A stretch of 64,000 nucleotides of DNA from positions 5,771 through 69,770 of the IMG/VR virus record IMGVR_UViG_3300042879_004726; one strand, written 5' to 3'. Positions within the stretch are counted from its first letter, which is position 1. Each line of letters starts with the position of its first letter. The translations under genes were made by a program, and so were the position numbers. Source of the DNA: a virus. Below the pieces are notes generated by a model, which ran no database searches, was not told the DNA's origin, and saw nothing but the letters and a program-made list of their open reading frames with translations. This document shows positions 8,595 through 18,258 of this stretch, one piece after another.

Positions 8595-10307
8595 CTATAG
8601 TTTAACTAATTTAGAAAATCCCTTTATCTTTTCTGCTTGATAAACACCATCAAATTTATCTTCCAGTCCAATTTTATGTGAGATTACAAATACATTGGTA
8701 TCCTTTAAAATATATTTAATAATTTTAAGAAAATCATCACTTCCTGCACTATCTAGAGAACTATCAAAAACTTCATCAAATAAAATAATATTACAATTAG
8801 TTGAGTTTTTAAATTTTGCAATTTCTCTCCAAGCAAAAATCAAGGCAAGATTAATTCTTGACTTTTCACCTTCAGAAAAAGAACTATATGAAAAATCTTC
8901 TTGAATTGGAGATTTAATTTCTTCATTAAATTCTTCATCTAAAGTAAAATTTACATAAAAATCCATCATTTGCAAATAACGATTAACTTGCTGATTTATT
9001 AAAGGTAAATATTTTTTAATAATTTTAGATTTTACCCCACCATCTTTAAGTAAATTATAAGTGAAATCATAATAATGAATTAAATCTTTTTTAGATGCAA
9101 GGTCTTCATATATGTGTTGAAGATTATCTTCAAATTCTTTTAATTTTACGTGTTCAATATTTTTGTTCTCAATCTGTTCGGCAATAGTTTGAATTTCATA
9201 TTGAATATCTTGAATTTGTTTCTGTTTAATAGAAACACTTGTATGATTTTGTATAATTTCATTATTAAATTTTACTAATTCTTTTGACAGTGTTAAAAAT
9301 TTATTCTCTTTACTTTCTTCTTCTTGAATTGTTAGTTTTAAGTCCTGATACCCAGATTGTAATTCCTTGGCTTTATTTTGATAATCATCAATCTTATTTA
9401 ATCTAAATTCTTCATTAATTGATTGAGTACAAGTTGGGCAAACAGTATTAGTTGAAAAAAATTTATGTTCTTCTGCAATTATTGATATTTTTTCAGATAA
9501 CTTACCTTTCAAGTTTACAAGTTTTTTAAGTTTGTCTGTAGAATTTGCATATTCATCAATATTTTTCTGGATATCAACAATATTAGTCTCAATAATTTTA
9601 TTACCATTTAATAAATTTTTGATTTCTTGATTTAAACTTGAAATTATTTGTTTTTTATTTTGAATATTTTCCTTTTCACGTTTTTCAAGTTCGTCAATAA
9701 AGTTATTTTGCATTTTAACTTTATCTGAAAGGGATTCTTTTTTTAAATCAAGGGTTTTAATTTCATCTTTTATTTTACGTATTTTTTCTTTAATTACAAT
9801 ATTCATAGAAGAAAAAATTTTAATATCCAATAAATCCTCAATCACTTCTCTACGATGAGCCGATTGAAGTTGCATAAATGGAATATAATTACTTGAACCT
9901 AAAATTACTATCTGAGTAAAACTTTTAAAGTCCATTTTTAGAACATTTTGCTCTAACCATTTTTGTTGTTCTAATACTGCAGATTGATCTAATGATTTTC
10001 CATCTTTTTGTATTTCAAACAAATTAGGCTTAATTCCACGAATTATTTTCCATTCAGTATTTCCAATTGAAAATTCAACCTCAACTCTACAATCCTTTTC
10101 ATTTATAGAATTAATCAATTGATTTTTATTTATTTTACGATATGCCTTTCCATAAAGTGAAAAACATAAGGCATCTAATAAAGAACTCTTACCACTTCCA
10201 TTAGTACCGATAAGAAGATTAGTTCTATGTTCTGTAAAATCAATTTCATTAAAATGATTACCAGTTGACAAAAAATTACGGTAACGAATTTTTTTAAATA
10301 AAATCAT
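8595..10307 (-). CDS. gp46: Recombination endonuclease ATPase subunit (Rad50/SbcC-like)
   Basis: Walker A GTNGSGKS, CPTC zinc hook, FSEGEK signature, Walker B LFDEVFDSSLD. Confidence 0.96.
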   Translation of the reverse strand: MILFKKIRYRNFLSTGNHFNEIDFTEHRTNLLIGTNGSGKSSLLDALCFSLYGKAYRKINKNQLINSINEKDCRVEVEFSIGNTEWKIIRGIKPNLFEIQKDGKSLDQSAVLEQQKWLEQNVLKMDFKSFTQIVILGSSNYIPFMQLQSAHRREVIEDLLDIKIFSSMNIVIKEKIRKIKDEIKTLDLKKESLSDKVKMQNNFIDELEKREKENIQNKKQIISSLNQEIKNLLNGNKIIETNIVDIQKNIDEYANSTDKLKKLVNLKGKLSEKISIIAEEHKFFSTNTVCPTCTQSINEEFRLNKIDDYQNKAKELQSGYQDLKLTIQEEESKENKFLTLSKELVKFNNEIIQNHTSVSIKQKQIQDIQYEIQTIAEQIENKNIEHVKLKEFEDNLQHIYEDLASKKDLIHYYDFTYNLLKDGGVKSKIIKKYLPLINQQVNRYLQMMDFYVNFTLDEEFNEEIKSPIQEDFSYSSFSEGEKSRINLALIFAWREIAKFKNSTNCNIILFDEVFDSSLDSAGSDDFLKIIKYILKDTNVFVISHKIGLEDKFDGVYQAEKIKGFSKLVKL

Positions 10308-10566
10308 AATAAGTATTTGGGGGAACTACAATATCATCAGAAGTAATCACGGTATATTGATAATCATGAATTTGGCAGGTTTTTAACATTATTTCATCTT
10401 CAATTTCAATTACGTGCATTTCTGGAAATCCATTTTCTTCAAGCATCATAGCATATCTAACAGCATCATCCTCTTCCTGAAAGATATAAAGGATTTGTTC
10501 ACCATCCTCATTCTGAACCGAATATGCGCCTTCATTTTCCTTTCCACTGATTGTTATTAAGAACAT
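10294..10566 (-). CDS. DUF3110-like hypothetical protein
   Basis: NEGAYSV...FQEEDDAVRYAMMLE...VVPP resembles cyanobacterial DUF3110 (recalled similarity). Confidence 0.7.
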   Translation of the reverse strand: MFLITISGKENEGAYSVQNEDGEQILYIFQEEDDAVRYAMMLEENGFPEMHVIEIEDEIMLKTCQIHDYQYTVITSDDIVVPPNTYYDFI

Positions 10567-10568
10567 AT

Positions 10569-11609
10569 CTAAACCATCTCACAAGCCTCCTGATAGACCT
10601 CCTGGATGAGGTTATGAAGGACTGACTTATCAAGGTTCACCTCAGATTCATTCACATATCTATTCAAAATAGAAATGGTGTCTTCAGATTCAAGTGCTTC
10701 AAAATTTTCAGGTTCTTCACTATTAAAGTTTTCAACTATTTTAATTTCGGCAATATTTGATCTATAAAGTTTATCAATAAATTTTTCAAATTTTTGTGCA
10801 TCTGTTTTTTTACGAACTATCACCTTTACAATTTTATTTTCATACTCAGATACATCAAATGTTTGATATGGAGTATCCTCATAATAAATATGATAAAAAA
10901 GACGATATGGATTATTGACTGGAATATGCTCCAATGTTTCTGTGTCAAAAATATGAAATCCACGAGTATCATTTATATCATTCCAAAACATCTCATATGG
11001 ATTTCCCAGATAAAATACCGTTCCGTTATCAGAACGAGTATGATAATGACCAGAAAATACTTTTTTGAATCCTTTAAAAATATCGGAATCCATTCCTTGG
11101 TCCATAATGGTTGTAGTATTTGCACGAAATCCTTGCAGTTCCAAATGACCCATTACAACTGGCGCTTTTGTAGATGAAATCATTTTCATTGTTTTCATTT
11201 CATTTTCAGAATTAATCCAAGGAATAAAAAGAACTCTCAAATTTTCCAATAAAACTTCTGTTGGGTCTGAGATAATTTTTACATTTGAATATTCACGAAG
11301 TAAAAGATCTACTGCATTTACTTGGTTTGTATTGCGATAATAACTTGTATGATTACCTACAATAGTATATACATTACAATTTAATTCGGAAAGTTTATCA
11401 TAATAATTACTTTTTGACCAAGAAAGTGCAGCAAAATCAATACCTTTACGACTATCAAATGTATCACCCATATCAATAACAGTAGTAATACCATACTGTT
11501 TCAATGTTGGAAAAAAAATTTTATTATAAAAGTTTAAAAAATAATCGTGAAATAGTTTTGAATTTTTACGACACCCAAAATGCTGATCTGAAATAATAGC
11601 GACTTTCAT
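10569..11609 (-). CDS. gp47: Recombination endonuclease nuclease subunit (Mre11/SbcD-like)
   Basis: Metallophosphoesterase motifs SDQHFG, GDTFD, GNH, GHLE, SGHYH. Confidence 0.96.
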   Translation of the reverse strand: MKVAIISDQHFGCRKNSKLFHDYFLNFYNKIFFPTLKQYGITTVIDMGDTFDSRKGIDFAALSWSKSNYYDKLSELNCNVYTIVGNHTSYYRNTNQVNAVDLLLREYSNVKIISDPTEVLLENLRVLFIPWINSENEMKTMKMISSTKAPVVMGHLELQGFRANTTTIMDQGMDSDIFKGFKKVFSGHYHTRSDNGTVFYLGNPYEMFWNDINDTRGFHIFDTETLEHIPVNNPYRLFYHIYYEDTPYQTFDVSEYENKIVKVIVRKKTDAQKFEKFIDKLYRSNIAEIKIVENFNSEEPENFEALESEDTISILNRYVNESEVNLDKSVLHNLIQEVYQEACEMV

Positions 11610-11616
11610 TTTAAAA

Positions 11617-12165
11617 TTAATATCTCAACTTAGTGTAAATATTATCCTTAATTGAATTATAGTCACTATAATTACTTCCGTCAAATAAATTATCTTCAAA
11701 TACTTCGGAAAATCCTGATCTTTCTAAGATTTTATTTTTAATTTCCATTTGTCTTTTTTCTCTTTGAATTCTACGAAGAAAGGCATAATGTATAATTTGA
11801 GTAAAATACGCAAATGGGTTCTGAGATTTTGCAGGATCAAAATTGTGTATATATTGAACTGAATTCTCAATTCCATCAGAAATCATATCTTCTTTGAACA
11901 TATAATTTACAAAATTTGGTTTAAAGGAAAGGTGATTTGCTATTTTTAAAAAACAATCTCCGATATATCTTGGTATTGGTGGTTTTGTATCCCAAGATTT
12001 TGCCCTATCATCTTTTGTTGGTTGATTTCCATACTTTCTAATAAAACTTATTTCAACATCTTCACGATATTTAATAAGTGCTTCAAGAAATTCTTTATTA
12101 TTTACATAATGCTCTGACCTTTTTCTTTTGGTCATAATTGCTGTGGTTATCATAAATTTTATCAT
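11617..12165 (-). CDS. gp55: Late-transcription sigma factor
   Basis: HYVNNKEF, EDMISDGIEN, NPFAYFTQI motifs. Confidence 0.95.
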   Translation of the reverse strand: MIKFMITTAIMTKRKRSEHYVNNKEFLEALIKYREDVEISFIRKYGNQPTKDDRAKSWDTKPPIPRYIGDCFLKIANHLSFKPNFVNYMFKEDMISDGIENSVQYIHNFDPAKSQNPFAYFTQIIHYAFLRRIQREKRQMEIKNKILERSGFSEVFEDNLFDGSNYSDYNSIKDNIYTKLRY

Positions 12166-12177
12166 TATTATGTATGA

Positions 12178-12228
12178 ATATTAACATATTAAGGTGGAGT
12201 TGACAACCCTACAGATTCACACTAGACT
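12178..12228. promoter_or_regulatory. Divergent overlapping sigma70-type promoters
   Basis: Plus: TTGACA(12200-12205)-17nt-TAGACT(12223-12228). Minus: TTGTCA(12206-12201)-17nt-TAATAT(12183-12178) toward gp55. Confidence 0.6.
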
Positions 12229-12250
12229 ACCTTTGTCTCCAATGAAGGGG

Positions 12251-12646
12251 TCACTCTGATCTATTATATATCTTCTCTAATATATCTTTAGCATCATTTA
12301 CATTAGCTATGTAACCCATTTCACGAGTTATTTTTGATTGATTTGTTTTTTGTTTATTTAATTGTCTAATAAAAGATTGATACATCATTATCATTTCAAT
12401 ATCAGATGATTCCGACATAGTAATTATGTCATCCAAATTAAGTATAATCATATCTTCAGTTGTTGTTTTTAACCAAGGTTCTATTTTATAACCAGCAGCA
12501 CCAGTTCTTAATTTAAATTCAGAAACAATAATAGGATTGGAAACAATTAATAGTGTTCTATTCTCCTCTTCTGATGCTGCTACCTTAGCAAATATTTCTT
12601 CTCCAGTCTTAAGCTTAAGGGTACAATAAAAATCTTCTTCAATCAT
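12251..12646 (-). CDS. Conserved cyanophage hypothetical protein (Sm-like fold)
   Basis: LKLKTGEEIFAKV...NPI...EPWLK pattern; lies between uvsW and gp55. Confidence 0.75.
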   Translation of the reverse strand: MIEEDFYCTLKLKTGEEIFAKVAASEEENRTLLIVSNPIIVSEFKLRTGAAGYKIEPWLKTTTEDMIILNLDDIITMSESSDIEMIMMYQSFIRQLNKQKTNQSKITREMGYIANVNDAKDILEKIYNRSE

Positions 12647-14108
12647 TTTTTTTAAGAGGTACAGTAATTATTTCATATTTAAAGTTTTCTTCTGCATATA
12701 TTTTAATTCTTTCAATCAGATGATTTAGAGTATAATTTTTTCTTGATTTATAAGTACAATCATCAGAAATGTCATAAAGAGTTGCTTTTGTTTTATTTTT
12801 TCCCTTTCTTAAAACTCTTCCAATTGATTGTAAATTTCTTATTCTAGATTTACTTGGTGATGCAAAAATTACATTATGTAGATTTTTTATATTTATACCA
12901 GTACTAAATGTTCCATAAGAAGCTACAATAATTGCATCATTTTCTCTTTCTGTAATTTCTCTAACCAATTCTCTTTCTTCAGTATCTACTCCACCATGTA
13001 TAAAAAACACTTTTCTTTCACCCCTCTTATTTTTATTTATATTTTCAAATAAGATTGATCCATGAGTTTCTACCCTAGAAAATAAAACAAGAGTATTACC
13101 TTTTAAATCAAGAGTAAGATTTGTTATAAATTTATTTCTTTGTGTATGAGAAATTAAATATTGAATTTCATCTTCATAAGTTTCAAATTTTTGGGGTAAA
13201 TGTTTAAGAACGATACAACGTATATCAAGTTGAGAAAGATGTCCTTGTTTCATCAATTCTTCTGTTCTTGTAATTTTATAAGTAGGACCAAAAAGACCTT
13301 CCAATACCCATTTATGAGTTTGAGATCCATCTAAAGTACCAGTAAAACCAAATCTATATTTTGCATTGTGAAGTTTAGTCATTATTGATATTAATGACTT
13401 CGATTTAAATTGATGTGCTTCATCACCAATAATTACATCATAGTCATTAAAAAATGTTTTATCTAATTTATAGATTGACTGCCAAGTTGCAATTGTGATA
13501 GGATGGTTACTACTTTTTTCTCTTCCAGAATAAATCATATGGCAACATGATTGAGAATCCATACCATAATCTTCAAAATCTTTATATAATTGACTTACCA
13601 AACTTGTCGTTGGAACAACTACGAGAATTTTTTTACCTTTATTCATATAATAATGCACGAGGGAATAAATCATCAGACTTTTTCCAGATGCAGTTGGACT
13701 TATCAATAATTTTCTATTATGCTTTAAAGCATCATATACTCCATCTATCTGATAATCTCTAGGACTATAAGAGCATATGGATTTCATATAATCTGTTACA
13801 CCTTCAATTGAAATACCGTCATTTACTTCAAATGGAGTTCCATAAAATTTATTATCTTTAAATTCATATGTGTAATTGTGTATAGAAAGTTTTTCAATTA
13901 CTTTATCAAGTAATCCAACATATATTTCTCCAGTATGAGTACTTAACAAACGAATTTTTCCATCCCAATATTTACTTCTGTATTGGGACATAAATTTTGA
14001 AGACTCTACTTCAAATGTAAAATACGGTTGAAGTTCATATAAAATATGAGGCTCACAATGAAGTTTCAAAAATACTTCATTTTTCTTTTCAATGATTACA
14101 TCACTCAT
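12639..14108 (-). CDS. uvsW: UvsW SF2 helicase
   Basis: PRDYQ, SPTASGKS, GDEAH, GFTGT, QSIGRVLR; likely start MSDVII at 14108. Confidence 0.96.
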   Translation of the reverse strand: MSDVIIEKKNEVFLKLHCEPHILYELQPYFTFEVESSKFMSQYRSKYWDGKIRLLSTHTGEIYVGLLDKVIEKLSIHNYTYEFKDNKFYGTPFEVNDGISIEGVTDYMKSICSYSPRDYQIDGVYDALKHNRKLLISPTASGKSLMIYSLVHYYMNKGKKILVVVPTTSLVSQLYKDFEDYGMDSQSCCHMIYSGREKSSNHPITIATWQSIYKLDKTFFNDYDVIIGDEAHQFKSKSLISIMTKLHNAKYRFGFTGTLDGSQTHKWVLEGLFGPTYKITRTEELMKQGHLSQLDIRCIVLKHLPQKFETYEDEIQYLISHTQRNKFITNLTLDLKGNTLVLFSRVETHGSILFENINKNKRGERKVFFIHGGVDTEERELVREITERENDAIIVASYGTFSTGINIKNLHNVIFASPSKSRIRNLQSIGRVLRKGKNKTKATLYDISDDCTYKSRKNYTLNHLIERIKIYAEENFKYEIITVPLKKND

Positions 14109-14159
14109 AATACTCATTATACTATGAGTATTTATTTGCATTATTTGATGATATTTTTA

Positions 14160-14597
14160 TTAACCCAATCCAGACATAAATTTTTGATAATCAATTGAAT
14201 TTTTAATTTGATATGTTCTATTGTGTAACATTTTCAAAATATCATTGAGGTAATCGATCATAATATTGTAATAGTCTATTTTTAAAATAACAGAAGATAA
14301 TTTTTCATCAGCGTCAAGATACTTTTGCATTGTATCTTTATCTCTAATTTTCTTTGGAAATGGACACTCGATATAAACTTCAGGATCTGCCTTTCCAGAA
14401 TAATATTCGTATCTTTCGTGCCTAATATTACTTTTTTGTTGTTCTGCTTTTTTCTTAAGAAGAATTATATTATTATATAAATCAAAATATTTTGCGTGAA
14501 GAGATGGTACTTTTAAAGATTCTGTATGTAAATTGTCTATATCTATTTTCGAATCACTTTCCCACATTTTTTGAATCATCTCTAAACTAATACTCAT
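14160..14597 (-). CDS. uvsY: Recombination mediator UvsY
   Basis: DSKID..NL..ESLKVP.LHAKY, RYEYYSGKA, R.YQIKN.I motifs; next to uvsW. Confidence 0.92.
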   Translation of the reverse strand: MSISLEMIQKMWESDSKIDIDNLHTESLKVPSLHAKYFDLYNNIILLKKKAEQQKSNIRHERYEYYSGKADPEVYIECPFPKKIRDKDTMQKYLDADEKLSSVILKIDYYNIMIDYLNDILKMLHNRTYQIKNSIDYQKFMSGLG

Positions 14598-15154
14598 AAT
14601 GGATTTCCATTTAAATCTGTTATATTGTAAATAGTATACTTGAAATTTACTTCTGCTGTAAAGTAATTTATATCAGTATTTGTAGCATCAAAATCCAAAG
14701 AAGTTAAACTGTAAGGCCAAAGGTCATTGAATTTAATTTTAAAATTTGGTCTCATAGAACTTCCTAAAATAGTTAATGTTCCATCAGAAAAAATATTCAT
14801 CATTTTTGAATCTGAACCATCAAATGATTTATTTTCATTTTGTAACTCAAATATTTCATTTAAACTTTCTGGATATCCCAAACCTCTAATCCATTTTTGT
14901 ATTTCCATATAATTTTCAAGGTCTTCATCTACAATAAACCTTAAATTAAAATCATCAAATTGCATTTTATCACCAGGAACATCAATATTTTTTAGATATG
15001 TTGGTTGCTCTGCAATTCCTAAGGTAATTCCTGGTATATTTGCCAGATTGCTAAAAAAAGATACTTTTGGTGCTCGATTTAAAGTAAATTCAAATCCTGT
15101 GGGAGATAAGAAATTTCTATTTTTTATCTGTCTATCTGAGATATTAGATGCCAT
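14594..15154 (-). CDS. gp3: Tail tube terminator / tail completion protein
   Basis: NFLSPTGF, ANIPGITLG, FIVDEDLENY.EI..W; synteny. Confidence 0.9.
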   Translation of the reverse strand: MASNISDRQIKNRNFLSPTGFEFTLNRAPKVSFFSNLANIPGITLGIAEQPTYLKNIDVPGDKMQFDDFNLRFIVDEDLENYMEIQKWIRGLGYPESLNEIFELQNENKSFDGSDSKMMNIFSDGTLTILGSSMRPNFKIKFNDLWPYSLTSLDFDATNTDINYFTAEVNFKYTIYNITDLNGNPL

Positions 15155-15206
15155 TTTGGATAATTATTGACTATGAGTATATAATAATATTAGATATTGT
15201 GCTGAA

Positions 15207-16724
15207 ATGTTTAAAACTAAAGAAGAATTAAAAAACTATTTATTGGATAATTGGAATAAGTCAAATTTCATCAAAGTATCCTTAAATAAAAATGTTAAAA
15301 ATATAATAGAAAATGAAACAACATTTTTAAATAAGTATTATCAAAACATTCCTTTGAGAACCAGAGCTTATGTGATAATCAATGAAATAATAGAAAATAC
15401 ACTACCAAAATGTAAATGTGGATGTTCTCAAGTTTGTTGTATTGATAGGACTTATAGTGAAAGGGGATTTAGGTTGTATGCTAACTCAGAATGTTCCAGA
15501 GGAGATAGTAAAATTGATGAAAACTCTAAATCAAAACTTGAAAATTATAATTGGTTATTTAATGAAAGAATAATTTTGAAAAAATCAATTGAAAACATAT
15601 CAAATGAATTAAATGTTTCAACAATTTCTGTAGTTAAGTACCTTAAAATGCATCAATTGCATAATTTAATTGATGCAAGAAGAAGAAATAGTTATAGTAC
15701 AAAAATATTAAGTGACAAAGAGAAGTTGAATGAATTATATGATAGTGGATTGACCTGTGAACAAATTGCGGAAAAATTAGGAACTACAAAGTCTACTGTA
15801 TCTCGTTGGTTGAATAATTATAATATTAAAATAAAAGATTCAAACTCATATGAAAGAAAGGTTAAAAAAATAAGTAAAGAGGAAAATACATTATTTGAAT
15901 TTATATCATCAATTTATTCTGGTACAATTATACAATCAAATCGTTCAATATTAAAAGGAAAGGAATTAGATTTATATCTACCCGATAAAAATTTAGCAAT
16001 AGAATATAATGGTTTATATTCTCATCAATACAGACCTACAGAAATTAAAGAATCTTTAATTAAAGATAAATCTTATCATTTAAATAAAACAAAAGAGTGT
16101 GAGAATCAGGGAATACAATTACTTCAATTTTATAGTGATGAATGGTTAAATAAACCTGAAATTGTAAAATCAATTATAACAAGTAAATTAAATTTAAATG
16201 AAAAAATTTATGCAAGAAAGTGTGAAAAAGTAATTATAGACACTCATACAAAAAATACATTTCTAAATCAAAATCACATACAGGGTGAAGATAAAAGTAA
16301 AGTTAAACTTGGATTATTATATTGCAACGAATTGGTATGTTTAATGACTTTTACTAAATCAAGATTTAATAAAAATTATATTTGGGAACTTTCTAGATTT
16401 TCAAATAAAATTGGTTTAAATGTAATAGGTGGATTTAGTAAATTATTAAAATGGTTTAGAGAGAATTATGATGGAAATATTGTTTCATATGCTGATAGAA
16501 GATATTCAAATGGAAATGTTTATATTAAAAATTCATTTAATATAATAAAAATAAATTCACCATCATATTATTACGTTGATAAAAATTACAACCAAAGATA
16601 TAATAGAATGAAATTTCAAAAAAAACTTATTGGTGCTTATCAATGTACTGAATTTGAAAAAGCAAGAGAAATGGGATATAATAAAATATTTGATTGTGGT
16701 AATATTTGCTTTGGTTTGGAATAA
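15207..16724 (+). CDS. Free-standing Hef-like homing endonuclease
   Basis: CKCGC Zn motif, two HTH segments, ELDLYLPDKNLAIEYNGLYSH nuclease motif, C-terminal WELSRF...SYADRRYSNG; only large plus-strand gene. Confidence 0.8.
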   Translation: MFKTKEELKNYLLDNWNKSNFIKVSLNKNVKNIIENETTFLNKYYQNIPLRTRAYVIINEIIENTLPKCKCGCSQVCCIDRTYSERGFRLYANSECSRGDSKIDENSKSKLENYNWLFNERIILKKSIENISNELNVSTISVVKYLKMHQLHNLIDARRRNSYSTKILSDKEKLNELYDSGLTCEQIAEKLGTTKSTVSRWLNNYNIKIKDSNSYERKVKKISKEENTLFEFISSIYSGTIIQSNRSILKGKELDLYLPDKNLAIEYNGLYSHQYRPTEIKESLIKDKSYHLNKTKECENQGIQLLQFYSDEWLNKPEIVKSIITSKLNLNEKIYARKCEKVIIDTHTKNTFLNQNHIQGEDKSKVKLGLLYCNELVCLMTFTKSRFNKNYIWELSRFSNKIGLNVIGGFSKLLKWFRENYDGNIVSYADRRYSNGNVYIKNSFNIIKINSPSYYYVDKNYNQRYNRMKFQKKLIGAYQCTEFEKAREMGYNKIFDCGNICFGLE

Positions 16725-16746
16725 AAAAGGGGAGGTTTCCCTCCCC
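16723..16746 (-). terminator. Terminator downstream of gp23
   Basis: Minus strand GGGGAGG-GAAA-CCTCCCC-TTTTTT between convergent genes. Confidence 0.88.
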
Positions 16747-16769
16747 AAGTATTGAGTTTGAAATAAAAC

Positions 16770-18203
16770 TCACATAAGGTTTTTGATAGCAACTCTTCTG
16801 TAGTAACGGTTAGAGTTAACTTGAAGTCTTCCAAGACCTTGAGTTGTACCTTCTGCAAAGGGATTAGCAACCATACCATAACGAGTCTTAAATCCAATCT
16901 TGGGTTGGAAGGTATTCTCACCAACGGCACGAACCATTTGGAGAGGAACATAAGGACAATAGAAGAGACCAGCGTCATAAGGAGAAGAACCCTTATATCC
17001 AACAACATAATACTGGTTTCCTGGAGAAGCATTAGCAGCAGTCAGGTTAGCAGCATATGGGTCAATATAAACGCGGAATTTGCCCATCAGAACACCAGCA
17101 AAAGTATTGCCAGTATCATCAACGTTCAGATTTGAATTAAGAGCAGGAGTATAGTCAAGAACTCCAGCCATTGTTAAAGCAGATGCAACGTCAGCAGAAC
17201 AAAGAACAATGTTGCCCTTTCCTCTACGAGTTCTCTGAGTGATAGCGTTAGCATCTCTTTCAATTTGGAAGAGAAGACCTTTGAATTTCTCAACAGACCA
17301 ACGACCGTTAGAGTCAATATCAAGGTCAAAGACACCAGGAGTTGCAACGTTTTGAACTGCACCCTGTTCTGCAACCTTATAGATGGTTCTGATAACTTCA
17401 CGGTTGATTTCAGCAAGAATCTCTGTGGAGAGAATATTTGCCAATTCCGCTTCAGCATTCAAACCGTGAATTGCCTTCAGGTCTTGTGCAAGCTCAAGAC
17501 TGTACTCAGCTTTGAGTGCTCTAGATTTTGCAGTAACAGTAACTTTCTCAATTGAGAAAGCCATTTCGTTGAAGTTATTACCAGCAGAATCTCCAAGGAT
17601 TTCTGAATCACCTGTAGGCATTCCTTGACCTACGTTATATGCGGTATCAACTCCACCACCACCAACAGGGTTCAATACAGATGGGTTTGAACCAGATTGA
17701 GTTGTAGTACCAATACCAGCAGCTGTACTACCAAAACCTGCAATGTTAAATCCAGCATCCTGACCTGAGAATGCAGAATCTACTTCGTTATAGAAGGCTT
17801 CAGATCCACTCTGATTGCTATATCTAGAACGCATCGCAAAGATGAGTCCAGTTGGTCCACTCATAGGCTGAACGCCAGCCACATCATAAGCGATGAGGTT
17901 AGGCATAGAACGTCTGATGAGTGAAATCAGAACTGGGTCAAAACCTGCAGTAGGACCACCAGCAGCGGAACCACCACCAAAACCACCTCCAAAACCAGCG
18001 GCATTACCACTGTTGGTTGGTGATGCTTCCATCAGGTTGGAAAGATTTCCAACTTGGAATGATTGCTCTTCCCTTAAGAATTTTTCTTGGTTTTCTAGCA
18101 GGACAGCGGTTACAGCTCTACGATGAGAATCTCTGATTGAATCAAGACCCTGATAATCTAAGAGAGGTGCCCACTTTTCCTGCAATTGTTCGGATTGGAA
18201 CAT
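16770..18203 (-). CDS. gp23: Major capsid protein
   Basis: AVLLENQE, FDPVLISLIRR, GVQPMSGPTGLIFAMRSRY, KSRALKAEYSLELAQDLKAIHGL, FQPKIGFKTRYG. Confidence 0.99.
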   Translation of the reverse strand: MFQSEQLQEKWAPLLDYQGLDSIRDSHRRAVTAVLLENQEKFLREEQSFQVGNLSNLMEASPTNSGNAAGFGGGFGGGSAAGGPTAGFDPVLISLIRRSMPNLIAYDVAGVQPMSGPTGLIFAMRSRYSNQSGSEAFYNEVDSAFSGQDAGFNIAGFGSTAAGIGTTTQSGSNPSVLNPVGGGGVDTAYNVGQGMPTGDSEILGDSAGNNFNEMAFSIEKVTVTAKSRALKAEYSLELAQDLKAIHGLNAEAELANILSTEILAEINREVIRTIYKVAEQGAVQNVATPGVFDLDIDSNGRWSVEKFKGLLFQIERDANAITQRTRRGKGNIVLCSADVASALTMAGVLDYTPALNSNLNVDDTGNTFAGVLMGKFRVYIDPYAANLTAANASPGNQYYVVGYKGSSPYDAGLFYCPYVPLQMVRAVGENTFQPKIGFKTRYGMVANPFAEGTTQGLGRLQVNSNRYYRRVAIKNLM

Positions 18204-18258
18204 TTGCTTTTTACCTTTTACTAAAGTGCGTTTTGTGTTTGAATTATGTTAAATTCAA

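Noticed and set aside
15160-15206. sigma70 promoter for the Hef-like gene
   Set aside because: TTGACT is present but there is no convincing -10 at 16-18 nt spacing in very AT-rich sequence
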